In this document: positions 16,894 to 17,785 of the stretch, in pieces
Numbering within the stretch: the stretch's first letter is position 1
Layout: each line of letters starts with the position of its first letter
NCBI GenBank assembly: GCA_041572575.1
Contig: JBFFSH010000051.1
Coordinates: forward strand, 1 to 17,785
Reading direction: 5' to 3'
DNA length: 17,785 nt
From: Thermodesulfobacteriota bacterium
GTDB lineage: Bacteria; Desulfobacterota_D; UBA1144; Nemesobacterales; N074bin48
Made by a program: the position numbers and the translations under genes
Notes under the pieces: model-generated
Database searches by the model: none
What the model saw: the letters and a program-made list of their open reading frames with translations, nothing else
What the model was told of the DNA's origin: nothing

Positions 16894-17607
16894 TCAGAAT
16901 AACAAGCCATAAAGTAAAACAAAACCGATAGGAAAAAGACTGGCAAACGCAATGAGTCCAAATCCGTCAATCATGGGATTGCGCCCTTTGATAACAGTTG
17001 ATAATCCAATTCCGAGCGCTGTCACAAGCGGCACTGTAATTGTTGATGTTGTGACGCCGCCTGAATCATAAGCAATGCCAATAATTTCACGCGGGGCGAA
17101 TTGTGTCAGAATAACAATTACAATATAGCCTGATATAATGATCCAGTGAACCGGCCACCCCTTTATAATTCTGATGACGCCAAGAATAAGAGAAAATCCA
17201 ACAGATAGAGCGACTGTATACCGAAGTCCGGTAGCGTAGTTATATTGTGCTGTTTCGGTATCTTGTATGAAACCAGCGGCCGCCATAACTTTTGCTGCTT
17301 CAGTACAAACTGCGATCAAGGCTGGTTCTGCAATCGTTGTTCCGAATCCCAAGGCGAATGCAAACAAAATAAACCAAAATATGCTTCCTTTTTTTGCAAA
17401 TGCTTCTGCCAATTCCTCTCCAACAGGGAACAAACTCAAATTTAGGCCCTGGATAAAAAATGTTAGCCCCAAAATTGTAGCAAACAAGCCGATAAAAATT
17501 TTTAAAGGGTTTGGAAAAGGTTGCTGTAGTACGATGATTTGAAAAAAAGCGACTACTAGAATAATCGGTAGTAGGTCCCTCACACTGTCGAAAAAAGCGC
17601 GAATCAT
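16894..17607 (-). CDS. DUF1538-family multi-pass membrane protein (paralogue A)
   Basis: [46 protein letters not shown]. An in-frame TAA two codons upstream means the ORF cannot extend beyond ATG 17607. Confidence 0.88.
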   Translation of the reverse strand: MIRAFFDSVRDLLPIILVVAFFQIIVLQQPFPNPLKIFIGLFATILGLTFFIQGLNLSLFPVGEELAEAFAKKGSIFWFILFAFALGFGTTIAEPALIAVCTEAAKVMAAAGFIQDTETAQYNYATGLRYTVALSVGFSLILGVIRIIKGWPVHWIIISGYIVIVILTQFAPREIIGIAYDSGGVTTSTITVPLVTALGIGLSTVIKGRNPMIDGFGLIAFASLFPIGFVLLYGLLF

Positions 17608-17745
17608 GTTTTAGGTGTTATCCCTATCATTGATGATAATTATTTAAGGAGCTCGCATAGAACAGAGCTATAAGTAATGCAGAATCTCCTTTATTTTATT
17701 AACTAAATCTACATTTCTGTTATTAAATCTAAATTCCATCTCTTT

Positions 17746-17774
17746 TAGATACAAAACAAAGTGTTTTCTGTCAA
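17746..17774 (-). promoter_or_regulatory. Possible promoter of the DUF1538 operon
   Basis: Minus strand: TTGACA (17774-17769), 17 nt, TATCTA (17751-17746). The -35 is perfect and the -10 is poor. Confidence 0.3.
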
Positions 17775-17785
17775 TTCCATTGTAT

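Noticed and set aside
616..17542. Short antisense or alternate-frame ORFs in the track (616-819, 3147-3335, 3513-3725, 3659-3889, 7134-7358, 9369-9653, 9544-9726, 10788-11021, 11755-12054, 12468-12779, 13441-13686, 13607-13894, 13901-14167, 15488-15670, 16422-16613, 17245-17445, 17267-17542)
   Set aside because: All lie within or largely overlap well-supported genes and show no recognisable motifs, so they are treated as shadow ORFs.
15355..17607. Apparently higher GC of the DUF1538 operon as a sign of horizontal transfer
   Set aside because: Only a visual impression, explainable by Gly/Ala-rich membrane proteins; no flanking repeats, tRNA or mobility genes.
17621..17639. TCCCTATCATTGAT resembles a tet operator
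   Set aside because: The right arm does not match tetO and there are no tet genes in the window; probably coincidental.
1..17785. CRISPR arrays, tRNA/rRNA, riboswitches, IS elements, defence systems
   Set aside because: No regularly spaced repeats, structured RNA signature, transposase, integrase or nuclease motifs were seen; intergenic regions are short and AT-rich. A covariance-model search was not possible.

Overview
AT-rich, compact bacterial chromosomal window with no recognisable mobile element, CRISPR array or RNA gene. (1) 1-5121 (+): the end of a surface-glycan cluster: truncated GT2 glycosyltransferase, rfbB, a small phosphoglycosyl transferase, UDP-glucuronate decarboxylase, gmd and fcl. 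(2) 5143-6761 (-): a convergent two-gene unit, a 79-aa signal-peptide/TM protein with an AYIDPGSGS motif followed by a NoeA-like protein. The latter's frame stays open 112 codons upstream of the ATG given in the ORF track, has no ATG/GTG/TTG there, and combines a kinase-like N-terminal half with a SAM methyltransferase. (3) 7129-11457 (+): proA, an atypical RpoD-like sigma factor and recN. (4) 11472-15151: pyruvoyl-dependent arginine decarboxylase, an ICL/PEP-mutase-family lyase, a YdgA/DUF945 protein and a GYG-filter channel. (5) 15355-17607 (-): a tightly coupled operon of two DUF1538-like membrane paralogues, a non-canonical PII-like protein and a stand-alone CBS protein. The best candidates for undescribed systems are unit (2), a possible glycan phospho-methyl capping module with an ATA start or -1 frameshift fusion, and unit (5), a possible nucleotide-regulated heterodimeric transporter. 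All family calls are by motif recognition from memory; no searches were run.
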